DNA of 62,444 bases, counting the filler, from an uncultured bacterium (GTDB lineage Bacteria > Hinthialibacterota > Hinthialibacteria > Hinthialibacterales > Hinthialibacteraceae), in the NCBI GenBank assembly GCA_964449065.1. It is 4 parts of 4 records of this genome, joined end to end, with 100 filler letters (N's around TTAATTAATTAA, not from the genome) between each part and the next. Parts side by side here need not be neighbours in the genome. Positions count along the whole stretch, not along the records: positions 47,203 to 62,444 come from CAYVAZ010000100.1; 3 more parts are not named here. One strand, given 5' to 3'. The translations under genes and the position numbers were made by a program. Each line of letters begins with the position of its first letter. Positions within the stretch are counted from its first letter, which is position 1. Of this stretch, positions 51,726 to 60,222 are shown in pieces. The notes below the pieces were generated by a model. It saw only the letters and a program-made list of their open reading frames with translations, was not told where the DNA came from and searched no databases.

Positions 51726-53450
51726 ATGCGCATCGGTTTTCTCGCAATTGCCTTCGGGTTGCTCGCGGCCTGTACAACCAAGCCAATGGCGGTGGCGCCC
51801 GCGTCACCGTTCGCTGTTGAAGAGGCTGCGCCGGGCGCAACCCGAATTGCCCTTCTCGGCTGCATCAAGCAGGAGCAGCCAGCTCCGGCCCTGCAGTCCT
51901 ACGCCGCTTCGTCGCCGGATGTGTCCCTCTGGGTGGGCGACAATGTCTATATCGACACCCAGGATAAGCCTGAAGCCATATATCAGGGCTATCGCGATCT
52001 TGCCGCCCAGCCTGGCTTTGCGGCCCTGCGTGGCACCGGCGTCCATCTCGCCACATGGGACGACCATGACTATGGCGACAATAATGAGGACCGCACCTAC
52101 AGGCTGAAAGAATCTGGCCGGGCGGCCTTCATGCAATTCTGGGATGATGCGGGCCGGCCTGCAGACCCGGCCAAGGGCATCTATCATGCCCGCCTGATCG
52201 AGACCGAAGGCAGGCGCCTGCATATTATCCTGCTGGATGTGCGCTGGAACCGGGATGCGCCCGACACCGGCGGTGACATACTTGGCGAAGCCCAATGGGC
52301 CTGGCTGGAGGACCAGTTAAACGTCGAGGCTGACCTGACACTGATCGTGTCCGGCACGCAGATCCTCCTGCCGAAGGAGGCCGGTTCGGAAACCTGGGAC
52401 AATTATCCAGGCGCTGCCGATCGCCTTTTCCGATTGGTGCGTCGGTCAGCGGGCGAAAGGGTGGTCCTGATTACCGGAGATCAGCATTATGGCGAAGTGG
52501 CGCGCCGGCGCGGCCTTCTCGACTTCGACGCCGTCGAACTGCAGTTTGCAGGCGTCAACCAGATCGAGGGGCCGGCCTTCAACCCGTGGCGTGTTTCCGC
52601 AGTGAATGCGGGACGCAACTCGATGGCGCTGATTGACGTGCAGTGGGAAGATGACAGCGAAAACCACGCTCACCTGCTCTACAGGGTCTTTGATACCGAG
52701 AGTGGCCAGACGGAGTCGATCTACCGGGTCAATTTCAGCGAACTGGAATTTTCCCTGCCCATGACGGAACGCGGCTTGTTCGAACAGGTCCAACGCGTGG
52801 AAATGGCATCTCAGTTCCCGGCCCTCGACATCCGCTACACGCTGGACGCCAACGCGCCGACACCTTCGTCACCCATCTACGCCGGGCCGATCCGGATCAC
52901 GGACACGACCACGGTCACGGCTGCATATTTTGCGCCCGAAGGCTTCAGGCGTTCGGGTGATTTCTCGCGGACCTTTACGCGGGCTGTGCCGCTTCCGGCT
53001 GCAAGTGGCGTGGCAGGGGTGCCAGGTCTCGCCTGGAGCTATTGGGAGGGTGATTTCATGAACGTTCCGGACTTTACCGCGCTGGACGCGCCGCTGGCCG
53101 GCGGTGTAAGCGAGGACCTCGATATTACGGCCATCGAACGGCGTGCAGATCATTACGCGATACGTTTTGATGGCTTTGTCCGCGTGCCCGAGACCGGGCT
53201 GTACCGGGTTGCGACACGGTCTGATGACGGATCACTGGTCGATATCGCCGGGACGAGAGTGGTCGACAATGACGGCTCGCACAGTCCCCGCAAGCGCGTC
53301 GGTTACATCTCCCTTGAGGCAGGACATCATCCCATCGCGATAGGCTATTTCGAGGACCATGGTGGGGTCTTGCTCGAACTGGAATTCGAGCGCCTGAGCG
53401 ATGATGGCACCGCCCGGGATGTGGAAATCGAACTCAGCCACACGCCCTAG
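51726..53450 (+). CDS. phoD: PhoD-like alkaline phosphatase/phosphodiesterase lipoprotein with Fn3-like and PA14 domains
   Basis: Lipobox LLAAC; Cys ligand (LGC), GDNVY.D, WDDHDY, GDQH; IRYTLD...P...S..Y; SDDGS...VDNDG.H PA14. Confidence 0.85.
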   Translation: MRIGFLAIAFGLLAACTTKPMAVAPASPFAVEEAAPGATRIALLGCIKQEQPAPALQSYAASSPDVSLWVGDNVYIDTQDKPEAIYQGYRDLAAQPGFAALRGTGVHLATWDDHDYGDNNEDRTYRLKESGRAAFMQFWDDAGRPADPAKGIYHARLIETEGRRLHIILLDVRWNRDAPDTGGDILGEAQWAWLEDQLNVEADLTLIVSGTQILLPKEAGSETWDNYPGAADRLFRLVRRSAGERVVLITGDQHYGEVARRRGLLDFDAVELQFAGVNQIEGPAFNPWRVSAVNAGRNSMALIDVQWEDDSENHAHLLYRVFDTESGQTESIYRVNFSELEFSLPMTERGLFEQVQRVEMASQFPALDIRYTLDANAPTPSSPIYAGPIRITDTTTVTAAYFAPEGFRRSGDFSRTFTRAVPLPAASGVAGVPGLAWSYWEGDFMNVPDFTALDAPLAGGVSEDLDITAIERRADHYAIRFDGFVRVPETGLYRVATRSDDGSLVDIAGTRVVDNDGSHSPRKRVGYISLEAGHHPIAIGYFEDHGGVLLELEFERLSDDGTARDVEIELSHTP

Positions 53451-54238
53451 CGCGCCCTGTCCCTCACATTCATCACGAGTTTCAGCGCATTATAGTGCCA
53501 GAAATTCTGGTTGTACTCGGTGACATAGCCATCATCGCAGCGGCAAATGCGGGAAATGAAGAGTGACGGCGTGCCCTGGGACACGTTGAGTTCCTGCGCA
53601 ACGGGACCGGAAAGGATCGAAGGGTACATCGTGACCTGCGCCTGCGTGGTCTGTACCTTGTAGTGATCGCGCAGGAGAGCGCTGAGCGAACCATCCAGAT
53701 CATGTTCGATCATCCCCGGAAAGCGCTGCGGGTCCACATAGATGTGTTCGAGCAGGACTGGCCGGTCATCGATGCAACGCCGGCGGAGGACCAGGAAGAT
53801 CGGATCGTTCCGGCCAAGGCCGAAAACGCTTGCGGCTTCGGCATTGACAGGGACAAGACGCTTGGAAATCGTATGGGTCGTTGGCTTGCGACCCTGCGCA
53901 CTGACGAAAGTGTGAAAGCCCTCCAGCGTGGTCGGGTCGTAGCGTATACGTGGAGAAGACACGAACCATCCCCGCCGGTCGAGCCTGTGAATTGTGCCTT
54001 CTGCCTCCAACAGCGTCAGCGCATCGCGGAGTGTGCCGCGCGCAACGCCGAGCATTTCGTGCAGCGTGCGTTCCGATGGAAGTCGCGTGCCCGTCTCCAG
54101 TTCACCGGCCTCGATGAGTTCAGCGATAAGATTGCGCACTTCGATATAGCTTCGGCTGGCCTTTGCCGGCTCCGATCGCTCCAGCCCGCGCACGATTGTC
54201 GCCATAACACGCTCGGCGTCACTCACGTCTTCCTCCAC
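53447..54238 (-). CDS. phnR: GntR/HutC family regulator with UTRA domain (PhnR-like)
   Basis: LPSER.L, R.TLRDAL..LE.EG.I.R.DRRGWFV, YDPT, UTRA; phosphonate context. Confidence 0.82.
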   Translation of the reverse strand: MEEDVSDAERVMATIVRGLERSEPAKASRSYIEVRNLIAELIEAGELETGTRLPSERTLHEMLGVARGTLRDALTLLEAEGTIHRLDRRGWFVSSPRIRYDPTTLEGFHTFVSAQGRKPTTHTISKRLVPVNAEAASVFGLGRNDPIFLVLRRRCIDDRPVLLEHIYVDPQRFPGMIEHDLDGSLSALLRDHYKVQTTQAQVTMYPSILSGPVAQELNVSQGTPSLFISRICRCDDGYVTEYNQNFWHYNALKLVMNVRDRAR

Positions 54239-54313
54239 ATCTGCTCGACTTGGCAGGAATAGACCAATTCGCCGCCGAGTTGAATGATGAGACGTCTGGG
54301 ATTTTGTATAAGA

Positions 54314-55018
54314 TCAAAGGCTGTCGAGGCATTCGAGCAGGTCCGCCACGCTGTCGCACCCCGCATTGGCAAAACGTGCCACCTGCCCGGCACTGATCGG
54401 ATTGCCTGACCCGGTAACCGCGATCGTGACACAACCCGCAGCCTGTCCCGCAATCAGGCCTGAAACCGTGTCATCCACCTTCACCACCGTCGCCGGGTCA
54501 TCTATGCCAAAAGCGGCAAGACAGGCGAAGACCTGGCCGGGGCCGGGTCTCGGATCGACAACCTCTTCAGCGCAGATGACAATCTCAGGATCGATGCGAC
54601 ATGCTGCGGCGAGCGGTAGGATCACGCCCATGACTGCGCGCGGATAACCCGTCGTTGAGCCAATACGTGCACCGCGCTCGCGCAGATCGGCCAGAGTTTT
54701 CGCGGCGCCCGGAACGGGATCTGCGGTAGCGGTTGCGGCATCTGACATTGCTGCGCTGACGGCGAAGTAAAGGACATCGACATCCTTCTCGTTCGGGGCG
54801 CGAGCGTGTCGGTCCAGAAACTGAGAAATGACAGTGTTTTCTGATAACAGCCTTTCCGTGTGGGCGCGTTTGCCAAGCCCCATGTCGCGGCGCACCAGTG
54901 CCTCATCCATCTGGATGCCATGATCACGAAACGCGGCCTGAAAAGCGCGCACCGGTGCCCGGCAGCCCGGATCAATGAGCGTGCCCGCCCAGTCGAAGAT
55001 GACCGCCTTCGGGCTCAT
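54314..55018 (-). CDS. phnX: Phosphonoacetaldehyde hydrolase
   Basis: DWAGT nucleophile motif, MGLGKRAH Schiff-base Lys, STTGY, RP.P, VKVDDT. Confidence 0.88.
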   Translation of the reverse strand: MSPKAVIFDWAGTLIDPGCRAPVRAFQAAFRDHGIQMDEALVRRDMGLGKRAHTERLLSENTVISQFLDRHARAPNEKDVDVLYFAVSAAMSDAATATADPVPGAAKTLADLRERGARIGSTTGYPRAVMGVILPLAAACRIDPEIVICAEEVVDPRPGPGQVFACLAAFGIDDPATVVKVDDTVSGLIAGQAAGCVTIAVTGSGNPISAGQVARFANAGCDSVADLLECLDSL

Positions 55019-56184
55019 GCAATTGCGCCTGTCTCGAGGCCCAGACGCTGCAAGACCATCTCGGCAAAGCCAAAGCTCAGCGTCATGCCCTTGCCGCCCA
55101 GCACGCCAGCAAACCAGACGCCGGGTTCGGTCTGTTCGACCAGCCAGTCGGCACCATCAGCCTTGGGGTAGGCGCCAGTCCAGCGTTCCACGACGTCTGC
55201 GCCCTCGAGGTCGATGAACCGGCCGGCCGCTTCAAGGATTCGCTGGTCCACATCTGCCGGCTGGAACGGGTCGGCGGTGTCGCCAAGGCAGTCGTGGTGG
55301 CTGTCGCCCAGGGTGATGGTTCCATCCGCGTTGCGCACGGCGATCACGTGAATGCCATCGGCGAGCATCTCGGGGTCTGTTTCGATCAGCCGGGACTTCA
55401 GTTCCCCGGCCTCGGGCAAGTCGGCAAAACCGGGATACCGGGCAAGTGTGAGGTCGCTGACAAGCGGGGCACTGAGTTCGCCCGCGTCATCCCGAGGCCG
55501 GACACGCAACATGTGCAGTTTCGTACATCCGGGAAACGCGCGCGATAGCTCTGTCGGTGCCAGTCGCCCCAGCTGCGCGCCGGTGCAGACCAGTATTTGC
55601 TGTGCAGCCACCACTTCGCCGGAAAACAGCCGGACCATGCCGGAGCCGACCGCGGACACAGGCGCGCCGAGACGTACGTCCACGCCCAGATTGTGGGCAT
55701 AAGCCTTCAGGGAGGGCAGTGCCTGTCTGGGATCGACGCGCAATTCGCGGGGGCTCCAAGCGGCCGTTTGAATCTTGACGGCGCGCAGGGCCGGTACCCG
55801 GGCTGCCGCCTCATGGACGGACAGTTCTATGCAATCAGCCCCCATTTCAGTGGCCAGAAATCCCGTTAAAACCTGAGAAGCCTCGGCAGATTGTGCAGCG
55901 ATCATCATGCCACGCTGCAGGATCGGCAAACCCGCCTCGCGCGCGACCACCTCCCAGATATCCCGGCTGCGACCGCTTAGTCGCCAGACTTCGCCGCGAG
56001 ACTGACCGCTGATGGTGATCAGGCCAAAATTCCTGACGGAGGCACCCCGGGCGGCGGTGTCGGCTTCCAGCAGGACGACCCGCGCTCCGGCGCGTGCCGC
56101 CAGGATGGATGCCGCGAGGCCGACAATGCCGCCACCCACGACAGCAAGGTCATGGTGCGGCTTGGATCGACTGCGGCGCGACAT
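55015..56184 (-). CDS. TIGR03364-type FAD-dependent amine oxidoreductase (Pbf/HpnW-like)
   Basis: GGGIVG, GASVRNFG, ELRVDPR, KLHMLR, L.RY.GF, GDSH, ERW.G.Y, G.GMT; ATGA-coupled to phnX. Confidence 0.88.
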   Translation of the reverse strand: MSRRSRSKPHHDLAVVGGGIVGLAASILAARAGARVVLLEADTAARGASVRNFGLITISGQSRGEVWRLSGRSRDIWEVVAREAGLPILQRGMMIAAQSAEASQVLTGFLATEMGADCIELSVHEAAARVPALRAVKIQTAAWSPRELRVDPRQALPSLKAYAHNLGVDVRLGAPVSAVGSGMVRLFSGEVVAAQQILVCTGAQLGRLAPTELSRAFPGCTKLHMLRVRPRDDAGELSAPLVSDLTLARYPGFADLPEAGELKSRLIETDPEMLADGIHVIAVRNADGTITLGDSHHDCLGDTADPFQPADVDQRILEAAGRFIDLEGADVVERWTGAYPKADGADWLVEQTEPGVWFAGVLGGKGMTLSFGFAEMVLQRLGLETGAIA

Positions 56185-56200
56185 GCCAACTCCTCGACTT

Positions 56201-56214
56201 TTGGTCTGAACCAA
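56201..56214. promoter_or_regulatory. GntR/HutC operator in the divergent oxidoreductase/phnZ promoter region
   Basis: TTGGTCTGAACCAA near-palindrome. Confidence 0.7.
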
Positions 56215-56270
56215 TTTAAATCTGCGCTCAGAATAATCCTGTCAAACTACCCAAGAGAAAGAGACTTGTC

Positions 56271-56864
56271 TTGTCAAACGTGAACGAAAAACCGGACGAG
56301 GCCAATTATCCTGCGCACCAGGCTGTCAGCGAAATTGTATCCTGCTTCGCAGATTTTGGTGACCGGATGTATGGCGAGGACGTCACCGAGTTGTCCCATG
56401 CCCTACAATGCGCCGAGGCCGCGAGCCAGCGCGGTGCACGGGACGCATTGGTGATCGCCTGCCTCCTGCATGATATCGGCCACCTCCTGCACAATCGGGG
56501 AGAAGACATCGCCGAACGTGGCGTTGACATGCGCCATGAAATCATTGGCGAAAAATTCCTCCGCAAGTTCTTCCCGCCGGAAGTTTCCCGCCCGGTGGGC
56601 CTGCATGTGGCCGCCAAGCGCTATCTCTGCACGGTCGAAACGGGCTATCTGGAGAGCCTCAGCCCGGCCTCACAACGCAGCCTCGGCCTGCAGGGCGGCC
56701 CGATGTCCGATGAAGAGATTGCCCGGTTTGAGGCCGATCCCTTCCACGAGGATGCCGTGCTGGTGCGTCGTTGCGATGAAGGGGGAAAGGAGACGCGCGT
56801 TAAGCCAGCGGACCTGGATACCTACATCCCGATGATGCTGCGCCTGATGCGGCATGCGGACTGA
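56271..56864 (+). CDS. phnZ: HD-domain diiron oxygenase, PhnZ family
   Basis: YGE.V..L.HALQCA, LLHDIGH, HE..G, LHVAAKRYL, LS.AS..SL..QGGPM, R..DE.GK. Confidence 0.88.
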   Translation: MSNVNEKPDEANYPAHQAVSEIVSCFADFGDRMYGEDVTELSHALQCAEAASQRGARDALVIACLLHDIGHLLHNRGEDIAERGVDMRHEIIGEKFLRKFFPPEVSRPVGLHVAAKRYLCTVETGYLESLSPASQRSLGLQGGPMSDEEIARFEADPFHEDAVLVRRCDEGGKETRVKPADLDTYIPMMLRLMRHAD

Positions 56865-56890
56865 GGCCCGACGGGAAGGCTCTCAATTTT

Positions 56891-56945
56891 TCTTCAAGGA
56901 AGTGTCATACGCATGTCATGATGATCCTCCACTGGTCTGGACCAG
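56891..56945 (+). promoter_or_regulatory. PHO-box-like 11-bp direct repeats followed by a GntR operator
   Basis: TCTTCAA-GGAA-GTGTCAT-ACGC-ATGTCAT (56891-56919) and CTGGTCTGGACCAG (56932-56945) upstream of the TonB receptor. Confidence 0.72.
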
Positions 56946-56971
56946 AAGATTGGCCAGCATGAGAGGAAATC

Positions 56972-59900
56972 ATGGCTTATTTCAAACGCACGCTCCTGAC
57001 GGCTGCCTCTTTGGCGGCCATAGTTCAGACCGCCCATGCCGGCGTACTCACCGGCAGGGTTTCAGGCGCAGCCGATGGCAATGCCCTGCCAGGTGCGCTG
57101 GTCCGTGTGATCGAAACCGGTCAGGAGGCCTCGACGGGCACAAGCGGTGAGTTTCGCATCGCCGACCTGCCGGCGGGCACCTACACGATCGAGGTGCAGT
57201 ATCTCGGCTACCAGACAGCGCAACAGGATGTGACGGTCTCCGAAACCGGGATGGTCAATGCTGATATCCGCCTTGGCCAGCAGGGCGCGATGACGCTCGA
57301 CACGGTTGTTGTCCGCGGCACCGCACTCGGCCTCAACAAGGCCCTTAACGAACAGCGAACCGGGGACACGATCACCAACATCGTCTCGGCTGACCTGATC
57401 GGGAAGTTCCCGGACAATAATGTCGCCGAAAGTGTTTCGCGCCTGCCGGGTATCACCCTGGTGCGCGACCAGCAGACCGGCGAAGGTGCCTTTGTCACCA
57501 TTCGCGGCCTCGACTCGCGGCTTAACGCCTACTCGCTGAATGGCGTGCGGATCGCGACCTCGGACCAGAACAATCGCGCCATCAACCTCGCCCAGCTTCC
57601 GGCCGATGGCCTGTCCTCGGTGAAAGTTTCCAAGACGGTGACCCCGGATATGGACGCTGATGCCATCGGCGGCACGGTGGATTTCCGCACCCCCAGCGCC
57701 TTCGACTTTGACGGTCGGTCGGGCAGCCTGTCATTCACGGGTAACTATAATGACCGGGCCGAGGATGGCGGATATGATATTTCCGGCTCGTTCAGCGACT
57801 TCCTGATCGACGACAGGGTCGGTCTCTATGTCACCGCCTACTATCAGGAAAAGAACTCGATTGGCCAGGAATCGGAGAATGAGGGTGACTGGCTGCCCTT
57901 CAATCGACCACGCGACGACGAAGATACCAGCGTCGATCCGGCCTCCTTCCAGATGCAGGGCCTTGGCCTCGACCTGTTCGAAAACGACCTGGAACGATTT
58001 GGCGGCAATTTCACGCTGGATTACAAGTTTGATAATGGCTCGAAGGTCTATTTTCGCGGCCAGTATTCCGAGTATACCGACCGCGAGGATCACCACTCTG
58101 TCGACGTGCAGAATGACGATGAGGTCTCGACGCTGAACCAGGTCGCCCCCTCCGACGCCACACTGTCGCAGCCCTTTGAGTCCATCATCGGCTTCGACCC
58201 GGCGCTCGGCAATATCTACAGCTACACCCCGGCCCAGATCGTCGATGCCGATGGCGACGGCGTGATTACTGATTTTGACCGTGATGAGGCCGACGAGGAC
58301 GATGACGGCTTCTACACGCTCGGTGGCCAGTCCGGCATTTGGAGCCCAGGTCGGGTGATCTTCCAGCGCGGGGCAGACTTCAAGGAAGAGACCTCGTCGC
58401 TCTGGTCCCTCTCCACCGGAGGCGAGCATTTCCGCAATGACTGGACACTCGACTGGGACGTGGCCTACTCCTACGGCGAATTTGACCGTCCTTATGATTA
58501 CGGCTTTGATTTCGACGATACCGGCGCACAGGGTGGCCCGCCTTTCACCGGCATTGCCAATCCGAACGGCGAAGACCCGCTGCCCGGCACCGGTGTGACG
58601 TTCGCCTTTCCGAAACCGGAATATCCCCAGTGGCAGCTCACTCCGGCTCAGCGGGCGGCCTATTTCGATCCGGCGACCTACACCTTTGACGGGGCCGGCG
58701 GCGATGTGGAGAACCATACCGACGAGAACATCCTGCTGCAGGCCAATATTCGCCGCGATTTCTCCGATTTCGGCCCGCTCACATATGTGAAGTTCGGCGC
58801 GAAATACCGCAGGAAAACGCACGAGACCAATGAGGACGAATTATTCGACAGCGACGAGCAGGACATCACGCTCGCCGACGTCCCACAGGTCGTGGCCTCG
58901 GAAACCTATGGCGACTTCCTGTCCGGCCAGTATTCCGGAAACGACGATTTTGGCTTCGTCTTCGACCGTAACGCGGCGCTCGCCGCCATCCGTGATTGCG
59001 ACCCGGTCTTCTTTGAGGAATGTTCCGGATTTTCCGAAGAGATCAGCTCCGACACTGTGTCTGAAGAGGCGATCACCGCAGCCTATGCCATGGTTGGGGC
59101 CGAATGGGGCAAGCTGGAAGTCATCGCCGGCCTGCGCGTCGAGGGCACCCAGGTCGACAATGAATATAACAGCTTCACCGAATTCGAAGCCGAACTCGCA
59201 GATGGCACGGAATTTGGCGATATCGAATTTGTCGAGCCAGGCTCGGACAGCGCCTCGTATACCAGTGTTCTTCCGAGTATCCACTTCAACTATCGCCAAT
59301 CTGACCGCTTGGTCTATCGCGGCGCGATCTGGACCTCGATCGCCCGGCCTTCCTATGAGGACATATCAGCAGAAGAAAATATCGAAGCTGAAGTGATCGT
59401 CGATGCGAACGGCAACATCCTGTCCTTTGTTGATGACACGATCTCGATCGAACGCGGCAATCCGGGGCTGGAACCGGCAGAAGCGTTGAATTTCGATCTC
59501 GGCGCGGAATTTTATTCGCCAAATGGCGGGCTTGCCTCGATCAACTTCTTCTACAAGGACATCACCAATTTCATCTTCTCCGATTTCGCCAATGAGGGCG
59601 ATGTGCCAACCGTGTTCGAGGGTCAATCGGTAAGCTTCGGGGCTATCAAGAATGGCGGGGATGCCAATATCTACGGCATTGAACTCGGCCTTATCCAGCA
59701 GCTGACGGCGCTTCCAGCACCGTTCGATGGCTTCGGCTTCTCGGGCAATATCACGCTGCAGCGTTCGGAAGCCGCGCCAGGTGATGACTGGCGTTCGGAA
59801 ACCGACTTCATCAACGCCCCGGAGACGCAGTTAAACGGCCAGCTCTTTTATGAGAAATACGGCTTCGAAGGCCGGCTGTCCTACCAATACACCGACCGCT

Positions 59901-60133
59901 TCATCGAAGACCTGCGCGACTTTGGCATCAACAAATGGATCCATGACTGGGACCGCCTCGACGCCCAGGTGCGTTACACTTTTGATAGCGGCGCCACACT
60001 GCGCGGTGAGGTGCAGAACATTCTCGACGGCCACAATTACTGGGCGATACGCGGCAAGAACGGGGACAGCTTCCAGAAGGACTATGTCGAGAACGGCCGG
60101 ACCTTTTATGTCGGTGTCGACTATCGCTTCTGA
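56972..60133 (+). CDS. TonB-dependent receptor with N-terminal carboxypeptidase-regulatory-like domain (Xanthomonas/Caulobacter type)
   Basis: Signal peptide, G.F.I..LPAGTY, FPD.NVAES.SRLPG, GNP.LEP, C-terminal YRF. Confidence 0.94.
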   Translation: MAYFKRTLLTAASLAAIVQTAHAGVLTGRVSGAADGNALPGALVRVIETGQEASTGTSGEFRIADLPAGTYTIEVQYLGYQTAQQDVTVSETGMVNADIRLGQQGAMTLDTVVVRGTALGLNKALNEQRTGDTITNIVSADLIGKFPDNNVAESVSRLPGITLVRDQQTGEGAFVTIRGLDSRLNAYSLNGVRIATSDQNNRAINLAQLPADGLSSVKVSKTVTPDMDADAIGGTVDFRTPSAFDFDGRSGSLSFTGNYNDRAEDGGYDISGSFSDFLIDDRVGLYVTAYYQEKNSIGQESENEGDWLPFNRPRDDEDTSVDPASFQMQGLGLDLFENDLERFGGNFTLDYKFDNGSKVYFRGQYSEYTDREDHHSVDVQNDDEVSTLNQVAPSDATLSQPFESIIGFDPALGNIYSYTPAQIVDADGDGVITDFDRDEADEDDDGFYTLGGQSGIWSPGRVIFQRGADFKEETSSLWSLSTGGEHFRNDWTLDWDVAYSYGEFDRPYDYGFDFDDTGAQGGPPFTGIANPNGEDPLPGTGVTFAFPKPEYPQWQLTPAQRAAYFDPATYTFDGAGGDVENHTDENILLQANIRRDFSDFGPLTYVKFGAKYRRKTHETNEDELFDSDEQDITLADVPQVVASETYGDFLSGQYSGNDDFGFVFDRNAALAAIRDCDPVFFEECSGFSEEISSDTVSEEAITAAYAMVGAEWGKLEVIAGLRVEGTQVDNEYNSFTEFEAELADGTEFGDIEFVEPGSDSASYTSVLPSIHFNYRQSDRLVYRGAIWTSIARPSYEDISAEENIEAEVIVDANGNILSFVDDTISIERGNPGLEPAEALNFDLGAEFYSPNGGLASINFFYKDITNFIFSDFANEGDVPTVFEGQSVSFGAIKNGGDANIYGIELGLIQQLTALPAPFDGFGFSGNITLQRSEAAPGDDWRSETDFINAPETQLNGQLFYEKYGFEGRLSYQYTDRFIEDLRDFGINKWIHDWDRLDAQVRYTFDSGATLRGEVQNILDGHNYWAIRGKNGDSFQKDYVENGRTFYVGVDYRF

Positions 60134-60164
60134 TCAGGCCCCCTCGAACCTGTGACGAAGCCTA

Positions 60165-60198
60165 TGACCGCCGCCCCAACCCCTCGGGGCGGCGGTCA
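60165..60198 (+). terminator. Strong intergenic hairpin (terminator or mRNA stabiliser)
   Basis: Perfect 13-bp inverted repeat TGACCGCCGCCCC / GGGGCGGCGGTCA; no U-tract. Confidence 0.55.
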
Positions 60199-60222
60199 GC
60201 CTTCCCGATAGGAGATTCCGCC

